NCBI GenBank assembly: GCA_043797125.1
Contig: JAZDPX010000023.1
Location: forward strand, 3,098 to 67,097
Origin: Candidatus Omnitrophota bacterium
Lineage (GTDB): Bacteria > Omnitrophota > Gorgyraeia > JABMRG01 > JAFGKX01
Reading direction: 5' to 3'
Length of the DNA stretch: 64,000 nt
Every line of letters begins with the position of its first letter. The stretch's first letter is position 1. Position numbers and translations under genes: made by a program. Below, piece by piece: positions 29,545 through 38,065 of this stretch. The notes below the pieces were generated by a model. It saw only the letters and a list, made by a program, of their open reading frames with translations, was not told the origin of the DNA and searched no databases.

Positions 29545-30932
29545 TGAATATTTTATTAATGATACCCATAAACAAAAGCTATGTAATCGCTCCAAGTTTA
29601 GGTTTGGGTTATTTAGCGGCTGTATTAAGAAAAGGTAATTCAGTAAACATACTACATTGCATAAAAGAAAGCTTTAATTTCAATAAGTTTAGAAAATATT
29701 TGAACGAAAGCAACTTCGATTTAATAGGAATGCAGATGATGTCTTACGACCTTTTGCCGGCCAAAACGCATATAGATATAATTCGTAATTCTAAGTGTAA
29801 AAATAGCATTATTGTTGTGGGCGGCCCACATCCTTCAGGTGACCCAAAAGGCACTTTGAATTATTTGCAGGGAGCAGATTTCGCTTTTAAAGGAGAGGCA
29901 GAAATAGGATTAAACCGTTTTGCAGAATTAGCCAAAGGCAAAAACTTAAAAGAAGATAGGCTGGAAGGTATATCTGGTTTAGTATGGCGAAAAGACAATG
30001 GCGTTGCGATTAATGAAGTTGAATATATTGATGACCTTGATTCAATACCGTTTCCTGCGTGGGATATTATAAAGCCGCAAGAATATCCGCCAGCCCCGCA
30101 CGGCGCCTTTTTTAAAAGCCTTCCCGCAGCGCCGATTATAATAACCCGCGGTTGCCCTTTTATTTGCACATTTTGTGCAGGTAAATGCATAACAGGAAAT
30201 AAGGTTAGAAAGAGAAGCGCTAATAATGTTATGGAAGAGATAAAATATCTGATAAAAGATTTTGGTATTTATGAATTTATGATAGAAGATGAAAACTTTA
30301 CGCTGCATAAAAATTTAGTATTAGAATTCTGTGAGGCGCTAATAAAAAATAATTTGAGCATCGGTTGGAGTTGTCCATCGGGAGTTAGATTAGATACATT
30401 AGATCTAGAGATGATAAAAATGATGGAGAAATCAGGATGTCATTCTTTAAGCGTTGGCATAGAGTTTGGAAGTCAGCGCATGCTCGATTTTACTAAAAAG
30501 AATATAACGCTAGATAAAATAAAGGAAAAAATAACGCTGATAAGGAAAACCAGCATAAAAATAACTGGGTTTTTTATGATGGGAATGCCAATGGAGACAG
30601 AACAGGATATGAAGCGAACAGCGGTATTTTCCAGGGAGCTTGACATAGACAGAGCCCAGTTTAACAACTTTATGCCTCTTCCGGGCAGTGCTTTATATGA
30701 AAACTTGCTTGGAGCTGATGCATTGGACGCAGAGGCTACAAAACATTTTTTTGTCCACGATGTAGGATATGTGCCGGAATGCCTTACGGCTAAAAAATTA
30801 AAAGCCCTGCAAAGGCAGGCATATCTTAAATTTTATTTAAGGCCTAAAACGATGTGGAATATTCTAAAAGAAATAAAGGATTATAACCACCTAATGAAGC
30901 TTTTGTATCGTTTTTACGATGCTATAATATGA
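29544..30932 (+). CDS. B12-binding radical SAM (class B methyltransferase-like)
   Basis: PSLGLGYLAA, GGPHPS, GEAE, TRGCPFICTFC, EDENF, PLPGS. Confidence 0.9.
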   Translation: MNILLMIPINKSYVIAPSLGLGYLAAVLRKGNSVNILHCIKESFNFNKFRKYLNESNFDLIGMQMMSYDLLPAKTHIDIIRNSKCKNSIIVVGGPHPSGDPKGTLNYLQGADFAFKGEAEIGLNRFAELAKGKNLKEDRLEGISGLVWRKDNGVAINEVEYIDDLDSIPFPAWDIIKPQEYPPAPHGAFFKSLPAAPIIITRGCPFICTFCAGKCITGNKVRKRSANNVMEEIKYLIKDFGIYEFMIEDENFTLHKNLVLEFCEALIKNNLSIGWSCPSGVRLDTLDLEMIKMMEKSGCHSLSVGIEFGSQRMLDFTKKNITLDKIKEKITLIRKTSIKITGFFMMGMPMETEQDMKRTAVFSRELDIDRAQFNNFMPLPGSALYENLLGADALDAEATKHFFVHDVGYVPECLTAKKLKALQRQAYLKFYLRPKTMWNILKEIKDYNHLMKLLYRFYDAII

Positions 30933-32104
30933 GGATTATGAAAAAACGCATTCTTTTTATCGATCATCATGCAGAGTTAGGTGGAGGGGAGATAGCCCTG
31001 CTGGAAATTATGAAAAATCTAAACAGAGATAGATTTTCACTGCTGGCGCTCTTAGGAAACAGCGGAGAATTTGCCAATCAGTTAACAAAAGCCGGCGTAG
31101 AGGTAATAGTTGATAAATTGCCAAGTTATTTTAGGAATTTAGACAGGGACCCGGCAAAAAGAAATGGGCTGTTCTTATTCATGAAATCTGCTTTTTCGTT
31201 AGGTTCTTTTATCAAAAAAACTAAAAATGCCATTATAGAAAAAGACATAGATATTGTATATATCAATTCGATAAAAAGCTCTCTCTACGGCGTGCCTGCG
31301 GCAAAACAAACAAAGCGAAAAATAGTTTGGCATTTGCATGATTGTTTAAGCAGGGAATTTTATTCGCCATGGGTAATGCCTATAATTGTCCGGTTATCAC
31401 ATGCGGCAGATAGGATTATTTGCGTTTCAGAGACAGTAAAGGAATATTTTACAGCAGCAGGCGGCAGAGCAGAAAAAGTAGCTGTTATATACAACGGAGT
31501 TGATATTGAAAAATTTAATCCCGCCATTTCTACAGAGGCCGTAAAAAGGGAGTTTAATATTGCAGATAGGAAAGTAGTTTCTGTTGTCGGCAGGCTAGAA
31601 CCATGGAAAGGCCAAAGAGTTTTTATAAAAGCAGCGAAAATAATATGCCAAAAACGTGATGACGTTATCTTTTTAATTGCGGGGGCTCCCTTTTTTGGCT
31701 TTTACGATTATGAAAGAGAAATTAAAGACATGGTGAATCAGTTAGGACTTAAAGAAAGGGTGATTTTCCTGGGCTTTAGGCCAGATGTAGAACAGATTTA
31801 TGTTGTTTCAGATATTATAACCCATTGTTCCCTTAGGCCTGAGCCTTTCGGAAGAGACATAATAGAGGCCTTTGCCTGCGCGAAAGCGGTAATTTCAACT
31901 AATTTAGGCGCGCCGAAGGAGATCATATCCGAAAAAGAAGGTATTTTGATAGAGCCTGATAATCCCGAAATCTTAGCAGCTGGGATAATGGCGCTGTTGG
32001 ATGACACGCGCAGGCTTAAGCAGTTAGGTGAAGGCTCAAGAAATAAGGCAAAATGTTTGTTCAACATTACTGAAATCGCTAAACATATTGAACGGCTTTT
32101 ATAG
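30929..32104 (+). CDS. GT4 glycosyltransferase
   Basis: GGGE, YNGVD, GRLEPWKGQ, PEPFGRDIIEA. Confidence 0.9.
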   Translation: MRIMKKRILFIDHHAELGGGEIALLEIMKNLNRDRFSLLALLGNSGEFANQLTKAGVEVIVDKLPSYFRNLDRDPAKRNGLFLFMKSAFSLGSFIKKTKNAIIEKDIDIVYINSIKSSLYGVPAAKQTKRKIVWHLHDCLSREFYSPWVMPIIVRLSHAADRIICVSETVKEYFTAAGGRAEKVAVIYNGVDIEKFNPAISTEAVKREFNIADRKVVSVVGRLEPWKGQRVFIKAAKIICQKRDDVIFLIAGAPFFGFYDYEREIKDMVNQLGLKERVIFLGFRPDVEQIYVVSDIITHCSLRPEPFGRDIIEAFACAKAVISTNLGAPKEIISEKEGILIEPDNPEILAAGIMALLDDTRRLKQLGEGSRNKAKCLFNITEIAKHIERLL

Positions 32105-32114
32105 AGAATACAAG

Positions 32115-32142
32115 TGGACAAAGACGTTTTATATGCTATTAT
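32115..32142 (+). promoter_or_regulatory. Possible sigma70 promoter for the phosphoglycosyltransferase
   Basis: TGGACA-16-TATTAT with a TGn extension upstream of RBS AGGAG. Confidence 0.4.
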
Positions 32143-32165
32143 TTTAGGCAGGAGACATTGGCGCT

Positions 32166-33593
32166 ATGTTTAGAGAAAGAATAAGATTCTTTATTGAGCT
32201 GGATATTGTTTTTGACATAATATTGGTGGCACTTTCTTTTATCGTGGCCATTATAGCGAGAGAAGGATATCTATACGGCAACGTAGGCGTAAGAGAATTA
32301 TTTATGTTGTTTGGCCAGCAGGCGTGGATTTTACTTATAGCATACCCATTTATTATGGTTTCCTTATTTTTAGGCAAGGCCTACGGCCCGCTTCGGTTTA
32401 GGCCTTTGCATTCCATAAGCTGGATGATAATCAAAAGTTTTATTTTTACCGTTGTCGCCTTGGCTTTTATACTTTTTATATTCAAGGTTCAGCTGGTAAG
32501 CAGGTTGTTTTTAGTCAGCTTTGGGGTTATAGGAAGCTGTATTTTTATATTAAAAAAATTTCTTGAAATCTCATTCTTGCAATTCTTTCGCCAAAAAGGC
32601 CTGAATCTTAAATATATCGCGCTGGCCGGGCAGAAAGATGATTTTGACAATATAATAAATAAGATTAAACAGAATCCGGAATATGGCCTGGAGATAGTAG
32701 CGCTTATTAAATTAGGCCAAGATAAAAGCCCGAACAAGAGCGAAGACCCGCGTTTGTATTATGGTCTGGAAGGGCTGGAAGCCGCCTTAAAAGAAAAGGT
32801 AATAGATTATATATTGTTTGCAGGCTACAAAGGCATGGAGGATGAAATAGAAAAAGGGTTGTTTATATGTGAGGAACACGGCGTTGAAACCTGGCTGGTT
32901 ACGGATTTTTTTCATATGAATATTGCCCAGCAGGATATTGATGATTTTTTTGGAATGCCGGTTATTATTTTTAGATCATCGCCGCAATTCAGTAAAGCAA
33001 TTGTTGTAAAAAGGCTTATAGATATTTTAGTATCAGCGGCGGTGTTAGTATTATGCATTCCGTTATTCGTTTTGATAGCGCTAATTACCAAAGCCGAATC
33101 CCTGGGCCCTGCTATATTTTCTCAAAAAAGGTCGGGTTTAAACGGCCGCGTATTTACGCTCTATAAATTCAGGTCTATGGTTTCTGAAGCTGAACAAGAG
33201 AAGCAGGAGCTGGAAAAGTTTAATGAAATGAGCGGCCCAGTATTTAAGCTCACAAACGACCCGCGCGTTACAAGATTTGGCAGGTTCTTGAGAAGGTGGA
33301 GTTTAGATGAATTTCCGCAACTCATTAATGTTTTAAGAGGCGAAATGAGTTTAGTTGGCCCCAGGCCTTTGCCTGTATATGAGGCAGAAAAACTAAAAGG
33401 CTGGCAGAAAAGAAGGCTGCGTATGAGGCCAGGCTTGACCTGCTTGTGGCAGATAAGGGGCAGGAGTAAAGTAGATTTTGGTAAATGGATGGAGTATGAT
33501 TTAGAATATATTGATAACTGGCGCCTATGGCTTGACTTTAATATTTTATTCAAAACCATATTTGTAGTATTTTCCAGCAAAGGCGCATATTAA
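32166..33593 (+). CDS. WcaJ/CpsE-type polyprenyl-phosphate glycosylphosphotransferase
   Basis: 4 N-terminal TMs, KRLIDI, YKFRSM, DPRVT..GRFLRRWSLDEFPQL.NVLRGEMSLVGPRP. Confidence 0.93.
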   Translation: MFRERIRFFIELDIVFDIILVALSFIVAIIAREGYLYGNVGVRELFMLFGQQAWILLIAYPFIMVSLFLGKAYGPLRFRPLHSISWMIIKSFIFTVVALAFILFIFKVQLVSRLFLVSFGVIGSCIFILKKFLEISFLQFFRQKGLNLKYIALAGQKDDFDNIINKIKQNPEYGLEIVALIKLGQDKSPNKSEDPRLYYGLEGLEAALKEKVIDYILFAGYKGMEDEIEKGLFICEEHGVETWLVTDFFHMNIAQQDIDDFFGMPVIIFRSSPQFSKAIVVKRLIDILVSAAVLVLCIPLFVLIALITKAESLGPAIFSQKRSGLNGRVFTLYKFRSMVSEAEQEKQELEKFNEMSGPVFKLTNDPRVTRFGRFLRRWSLDEFPQLINVLRGEMSLVGPRPLPVYEAEKLKGWQKRRLRMRPGLTCLWQIRGRSKVDFGKWMEYDLEYIDNWRLWLDFNILFKTIFVVFSSKGAY

Positions 33594-33604
33594 CATGATT
33601 TTGC

Positions 33605-33634
33605 TTGACATTAGTATCTATAACTCATTATAAT
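33605..33634 (+). promoter_or_regulatory. Consensus sigma70 promoter
   Basis: TTGACA (33605-10), 18-bp spacer, TATAAT (33629-34). Confidence 0.75.
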
Positions 33635-33681
33635 AAACTATAGTTATAAGAAGTAGCATTATAAAAACAAGGAGGGTGTGA

Positions 33682-33867
33682 ATGGAAAAAATGGGCGGAT
33701 TACTTATATTATTAGGCGTATTAGTTATTGTTTATGCGCTTCTAGGAGCTTTTGTAGGTAGCTGTTTTGTGTTTTCTTTTATAAGGCCTATAAAGCCGGC
33801 CACGGCATTAACCTTGGCAAATAGCCTATTGCTATTAGGCCTGGTAGTTAAAGCAACGAAGAAGTAA
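33682..33867 (+). CDS. Small 2-TM membrane protein
   Basis: Strong AAGGAGG RBS, own promoter and terminator, two hydrophobic segments. Confidence 0.75.
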   Translation: MEKMGGLLILLGVLVIVYALLGAFVGSCFVFSFIRPIKPATALTLANSLLLLGLVVKATKK

Positions 33868-33901
33868 GAAAAATTATAATATTTTTTATAGCTATATAAA
33901 A

Positions 33902-33939
33902 AAGGGCCCAAATTTTTTGCAATAGGGCCCTTATTTTTT
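33902..33939 (+). terminator. Putative intrinsic terminator
   Basis: AAGGGCCC/GGGCCCTT stem followed by ATTTTTT. Confidence 0.55.
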
Positions 33940-33961
33940 AAATTTATTTTATGAGGAATTA

Positions 33962-35284
33962 ATGAAAGTAAGCCTGCAAACGCGCCTTATTACTCTAATG
34001 GTTATATTTTCAGTCCTTTTTATCGCTATATTTACCAGCATACAGGTATATAATCAGCTAAACAGGACCACTGATTTTAATTATCACAGAGCCAGGACAG
34101 GAGCGCTGCTTTTGCAGCTTAACCTTCAGAATGCCATAAAAGATATTAGCGAACAAAATGCGCAGCAAAGGGCAGAGAGGGTAAAACAGATAGTAAACGG
34201 GTTGTACAGTTCTAATATAATTGGCGAGACTTTAATAATAGATAAAGACGGTAAAGTCGCATATTCTACAGACAGGTTCGCCGGTTTAGATCAAGATGAC
34301 ATCCAGATAATAAAAAAGAATTTTATTCCTCCTTATTCACTTGATAAGATTTACTCAGACGTCGATAAAAAAACAAAAACCATAAGGCTCTTTATACCTT
34401 TTACAGATGTTCTTCTGGCAAAAGTAAAATACGATTTGGGCAATATATACAGGGCATTAGGAGAAGTTTACATACCGATTATGATTACGGTCCTTGCGGT
34501 AATATTTGCCAGTATGTTCATAGGCGCATTTTTGTCGCGCAGCATAATATATCCCATAAGCGCCTTAAACACAGTTACGAGCGAAGTGGCAGCAGGCAAT
34601 TTGGACCGCCGCGTAAACATAAAATCCGGGGACGAGTTAGAGGAATTGGCGAATACCTTTAATTATATGACCATAGAGTTGAAAAAAATGAAAGAGAAAG
34701 CTGAAAACGCAAATCCCCTGACAAAGCTCCCCGGCAACATAATAATCCGCGAGGAAGTGGAAAGAAGAATAAGGGATAATGAAATGTTTTTGGTTATATA
34801 TTGCGACCTTGATAATTTCAAGGCCTTTAATGATAAATATGGCATTGAAGCCGGAGATGAAGCTATAAAATTGATCGCCACCATATTAAAGGAAGCTGTT
34901 GCAAAAAAAGGAAAACCCGGCGATTTTATCGGCCATGAGGGCGGCGATGATTTTATTCTGTTGACGCGACCTGAAAGAGCGCAGGATATAGCGGATTTCA
35001 TAATAACAGAATTTGACAGAAGAATCAGGATATTATACAAAAAGGAAGATTTAGAGCGAGGCTATATTGAAGCGAAATCAAGGCAGAATGAATTATTGAA
35101 GTTTCCGATAATGAGCATTTCATTGGCAGGCGTGACCAACGAAATCAGGCCGATAAATTTATACGGCGAGGTTACCAACATAGCCGCTGAAATGAAAACC
35201 AAAGTTAAGGCCACGGGCGGAAGCTGTTTTCTTATAGACAGAAGAAGTATGCCTTGGCCTGAAGGCGCGCAAAGGCCTGCATAA
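33962..35284 (+). CDS. Membrane sensor HAMP-GGDEF protein (diguanylate cyclase-like)
   Basis: 2 TMs, HAMP (DELEELANTFNYM), ANPLTKLPGN, DLDNFKAFND.YG, GGDDF. Confidence 0.88.
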   Translation: MKVSLQTRLITLMVIFSVLFIAIFTSIQVYNQLNRTTDFNYHRARTGALLLQLNLQNAIKDISEQNAQQRAERVKQIVNGLYSSNIIGETLIIDKDGKVAYSTDRFAGLDQDDIQIIKKNFIPPYSLDKIYSDVDKKTKTIRLFIPFTDVLLAKVKYDLGNIYRALGEVYIPIMITVLAVIFASMFIGAFLSRSIIYPISALNTVTSEVAAGNLDRRVNIKSGDELEELANTFNYMTIELKKMKEKAENANPLTKLPGNIIIREEVERRIRDNEMFLVIYCDLDNFKAFNDKYGIEAGDEAIKLIATILKEAVAKKGKPGDFIGHEGGDDFILLTRPERAQDIADFIITEFDRRIRILYKKEDLERGYIEAKSRQNELLKFPIMSISLAGVTNEIRPINLYGEVTNIAAEMKTKVKATGGSCFLIDRRSMPWPEGAQRPA

Positions 35285-35290
35285 AATAGA

Positions 35291-35803
35291 TTATTGCTGT
35301 TGTTCTTGCTGAGTTTCTTGCTGTTCTTGCTGTCTTTTAAAACCGCCATCCAGGTTACTATTATAAGTTCCTTCCATAAAAACTGAAGGTGAAACAAACC
35401 CTATATCCTCGGTAGCGGGCGGCGTTACGCTGGTTAAACCATCCTGCGACTTATTTCTATATCTATATTCACCGGTAGGGGTTTTTTGCAAATTGCCGGT
35501 TGCTATATTGTCTGCGTTATAGAACGTATAGGTGTTTTTAGCTTTATCCTGTTTTAAAGCCCCAAGCTTATTGCCTTCATTATCATAGTATTCATAATCC
35601 CCGCTGTAGGTCTTCTTGGAGTAGCCGGTCTTATTGCCGTTTGCATCAAAATAGTCATAGCCGCCAAGCTCATTTTTCTTGGTATTGCTCATTTGGCCAT
35701 AATCTGCCTGCTGATAATACTGGGCAAATACAGGTGCCTCGTGCACGAATATCATGCATGCCAATATGGTCAATAATATAATACATAGTGTTATTTTTCT
35801 CAT
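35291..35803 (-). CDS. Secreted beta-repeat protein of unknown function
   Basis: Signal peptide (..VFA|Q), repeats YDYFDANGNKTG/YEYYDNEGNKLG/YTFYNADNIATG, Gln-rich tail. Confidence 0.75.
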   Translation of the reverse strand: MRKITLCIILLTILACMIFVHEAPVFAQYYQQADYGQMSNTKKNELGGYDYFDANGNKTGYSKKTYSGDYEYYDNEGNKLGALKQDKAKNTYTFYNADNIATGNLQKTPTGEYRYRNKSQDGLTSVTPPATEDIGFVSPSVFMEGTYNSNLDGGFKRQQEQQETQQEQQQ

Positions 35804-35809
35804 ACTATA

Positions 35810-35838
35810 ATGTTACCATATAAGCCGCGCAAAGTAAA
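35810..35838 (-). promoter_or_regulatory. Sigma70-like promoter, probably giving a leaderless transcript
   Basis: Minus strand TTTACT-17-TAACAT with TGG extension; predicted +1 coincides with ATG at 35803. Confidence 0.5.
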
Positions 35839-35856
35839 GAGGCCTGTATTTACTTC

Positions 35857-35885
35857 TTGATAAATCCGTATTTATTGGTTATTAT
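35857..35885 (+). promoter_or_regulatory. Sigma70-like promoter for the RiPP cassette
   Basis: TTGATA-17-TATTAT. Confidence 0.5.
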
Positions 35886-35901
35886 ATAGAAGATAAATAA
35901 G

Positions 35902-35955
35902 CACAGATTACACTGATTTTTAATAGATTACACAGATTAAAAAATATATGTAATC
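35902..35955. repeat. Short AGATTACAC repeats with a partial inverted copy
   Basis: CACAGATTACACTGATT...AGATTACACAGATT...TGTAATC. Confidence 0.45.
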
Positions 35956-35975
35956 ACATCCCAAAGGAGTCGCCC

Positions 35976-36257
35976 ATGCCAAAAGATGTTATTTTAAAGA
36001 AAAATCCGGATATTGTAACCCGCACCATAGATGATGAGACGATACTTTTGCCTATTTATAAGAGCTCGGATGAAATAAACTGCATATATACACTAAATGA
36101 ATCAGCCTCAAAAGTATGGGATCTAATAGACGGAAAGCGCACATTGTCGGCGATTAAAAAGGAAATTGTGGAAAAATTTGACACCACAACCAAAGAAGTT
36201 GATAAGCAAATAAGTCTTTTGCTGAAAGATCTAAGGCAGATAAAGGCATTAGAGTAA
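35976..36257 (+). CDS. PqqD-family RiPP recognition element (RRE)
   Basis: 93 aa, IYTLNESASKVWDLIDGKRT..I...I...F pattern; AAGGAG RBS. Confidence 0.92.
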   Translation: MPKDVILKKNPDIVTRTIDDETILLPIYKSSDEINCIYTLNESASKVWDLIDGKRTLSAIKKEIVEKFDTTTKEVDKQISLLLKDLRQIKALE

Positions 36258-36319
36258 CAGATAGCCTTAAAAGGGCTTTATGGACTATTTTATAAAATGC
36301 ACACGCCGTGAGGTGATGC

Positions 36320-36772
36320 TTGCTTTTCGTAAAAAAAATTCTTGCGAAAATTATTTTATTCCTGCAATCATACGCCCCGTATCGTAAATTAACAAAATTT
36401 ATTTTATATAGAAATATAACCTTCAGGGTAACTGTAGAGGCTGATGGCTATAAGGCCGTGGCTATGAAGAACAATCGGGCTATCGCCAAGGTATTTTTAG
36501 GTTTCAGCGATAAGTATTCTCCGGAAGGGTGGTGGTTGCAAGCTTTAGGGGTAAAGGTTTTATATCGGCGCTTAGGTATCGGCAGGCAGTTGGTTATAAG
36601 ATGCATCGATTTTATTAAAGCGCAGAAGGGGGCATGCATTGTTTTCAGCAATGTGCATAAAGATAATATTGCTTCAATGAAATTATTTAGCGGATTAAAT
36701 TTTAAAATAATGCCGTGGCCGCAGGAATCATTATCCAAAACGCAAAACAGATACGCATATATAATAAAATAA
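36320..36772 (+). CDS. GNAT-family N-acetyltransferase
   Basis: V..LYRRLGIGRQL acetyl-CoA motif A; V..DNIASMKLF..LNF motif B. Confidence 0.82.
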   Translation: MLFVKKILAKIILFLQSYAPYRKLTKFILYRNITFRVTVEADGYKAVAMKNNRAIAKVFLGFSDKYSPEGWWLQALGVKVLYRRLGIGRQLVIRCIDFIKAQKGACIVFSNVHKDNIASMKLFSGLNFKIMPWPQESLSKTQNRYAYIIK

Positions 36773-37819
36773 ATGGCAATAAAAAAACAAGGTTATGCAG
36801 TTTTTTCCAACAGAATTCACCGGCTGGCAAACGAAGAACGTTTTCCGTTGCGGGCGATGTTTGAATTGACTTACCGCTGTAATTTTAAATGCATCCATTG
36901 CTATAATACTGAAACGCAGAAGAAGACAAAGCCCCAGAATGAGTTAACTACCAGGCAAGTATTCGATATTCTTACGCAGCTTAAAAGAATAGGATGTCTT
37001 TACTTAGGCTTTACGGGTGGCGAGATATTTTTGCGCCATGATATACTGGATATTATTATATATGCGCGTAAATTAGGCTTTGAGCTTATTCTTTTGACCA
37101 ACGGCTCGCTTATAAATAGAAAGGTAGCCGACAGGTTAAGTAAGCTTAGATTGAATAAAATAGATATAACCGTGCATGCTATGAATGATGGTATTTTTGA
37201 TAAGATTACACAAATACCCGGTTCTGCTAAAAAGGTATTTCGGGCAATAAAGTTGCTTTACAAAAGAAATATTCCGTTGGGTCTTAAAAGTTGCGGAATG
37301 CGCGAAAACAAAGATGAAGTTGTCAAAATACAGAAATTTGCCAGCGGTATAAAAGCCATTTACCGATTAAATACAGAGTTATTAGCCTGCAATGACCGCG
37401 GCAAGACGCCGTTTGAACATCGTCTTTCTGCCGTAGAACTTTATTCTCTATACAAGGATTACTATCCAGAAGGTTTTGCTTTTAGGGCCGTAAAAAAAGA
37501 AAAATCAGGGCATATTTTTCCCTGCGGGGTAGGCAAAACAGATTTGACCATTAACCCTTTCGGAGGATTACAGTTATGTTTGGCAATAGATTATCCAAAA
37601 TATGATATATTGAAAGGCGGATTAGCCTTAGGCTGGCAAAAGATAAAAGAATTTGTTGATGAGCTCAAAGCGCCAGCAGGCTGGGTATGTGCCAAATGTG
37701 ATTTGGTTCCTTTTTGCAGGCGGTGTCCGGCCAAAGGATATTTGGAAGACGGAAATTTTTTTAGCTGTAATCATTATAGCCGCCAGCAAGCAGAATTCAT
37801 CAAGGAAATGCAGGCATAG
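36773..37819 (+). CDS. Radical SAM/SPASM protein 1
   Basis: ELTYRCNFKCIHCY, TGGE, TNG; SPASM CGVG...C...CAKC..VPFCRRCP...C. Confidence 0.92.
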   Translation: MAIKKQGYAVFSNRIHRLANEERFPLRAMFELTYRCNFKCIHCYNTETQKKTKPQNELTTRQVFDILTQLKRIGCLYLGFTGGEIFLRHDILDIIIYARKLGFELILLTNGSLINRKVADRLSKLRLNKIDITVHAMNDGIFDKITQIPGSAKKVFRAIKLLYKRNIPLGLKSCGMRENKDEVVKIQKFASGIKAIYRLNTELLACNDRGKTPFEHRLSAVELYSLYKDYYPEGFAFRAVKKEKSGHIFPCGVGKTDLTINPFGGLQLCLAIDYPKYDILKGGLALGWQKIKEFVDELKAPAGWVCAKCDLVPFCRRCPAKGYLEDGNFFSCNHYSRQQAEFIKEMQA

Positions 37820-37851
37820 CAGTAGTAAAACTAAAAAACGGAGGTGGTATT

Positions 37852-38064
37852 ATGGCAAATAAAAAGAAATTTAAGCCGCAAGTTACGCGGGTTAAGCTTA
37901 ACCCTGAACAGGCAGTGTTGGGATGCAGCTGTTATGATATTGGGATATACCATATTGACCATTTAGAAACACGAAGTTTTAATGCGTGCATCCCTGAAGC
38001 AAAAGAGTATGATACGCGCGCTACTCATTGCGTAGGAGACCCTGCGGGGATTCTTACAAGCTAA
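37852..38064 (+). CDS. Candidate RiPP precursor peptide (70 aa)
   Basis: GGAGGTGG RBS; basic leader KKKFKPQVTRVKLNPEQAVL, then a Cys/aromatic core (CSCY...C...HC); lies between rSAM genes. Confidence 0.8.
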   Translation: MANKKKFKPQVTRVKLNPEQAVLGCSCYDIGIYHIDHLETRSFNACIPEAKEYDTRATHCVGDPAGILTS

Positions 38065-38065
38065 A

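Noticed and set aside
35294-35335. Short tandem TTGCTG/TTCTTG repeats
   Set aside because: Explained by the Gln/Glu-rich tail of the minus-strand protein
37653-37862. 69-aa ORF as a second precursor
   Set aside because: Alternative frame overlapping the SPASM domain of rSAM 1, TTG start without RBS
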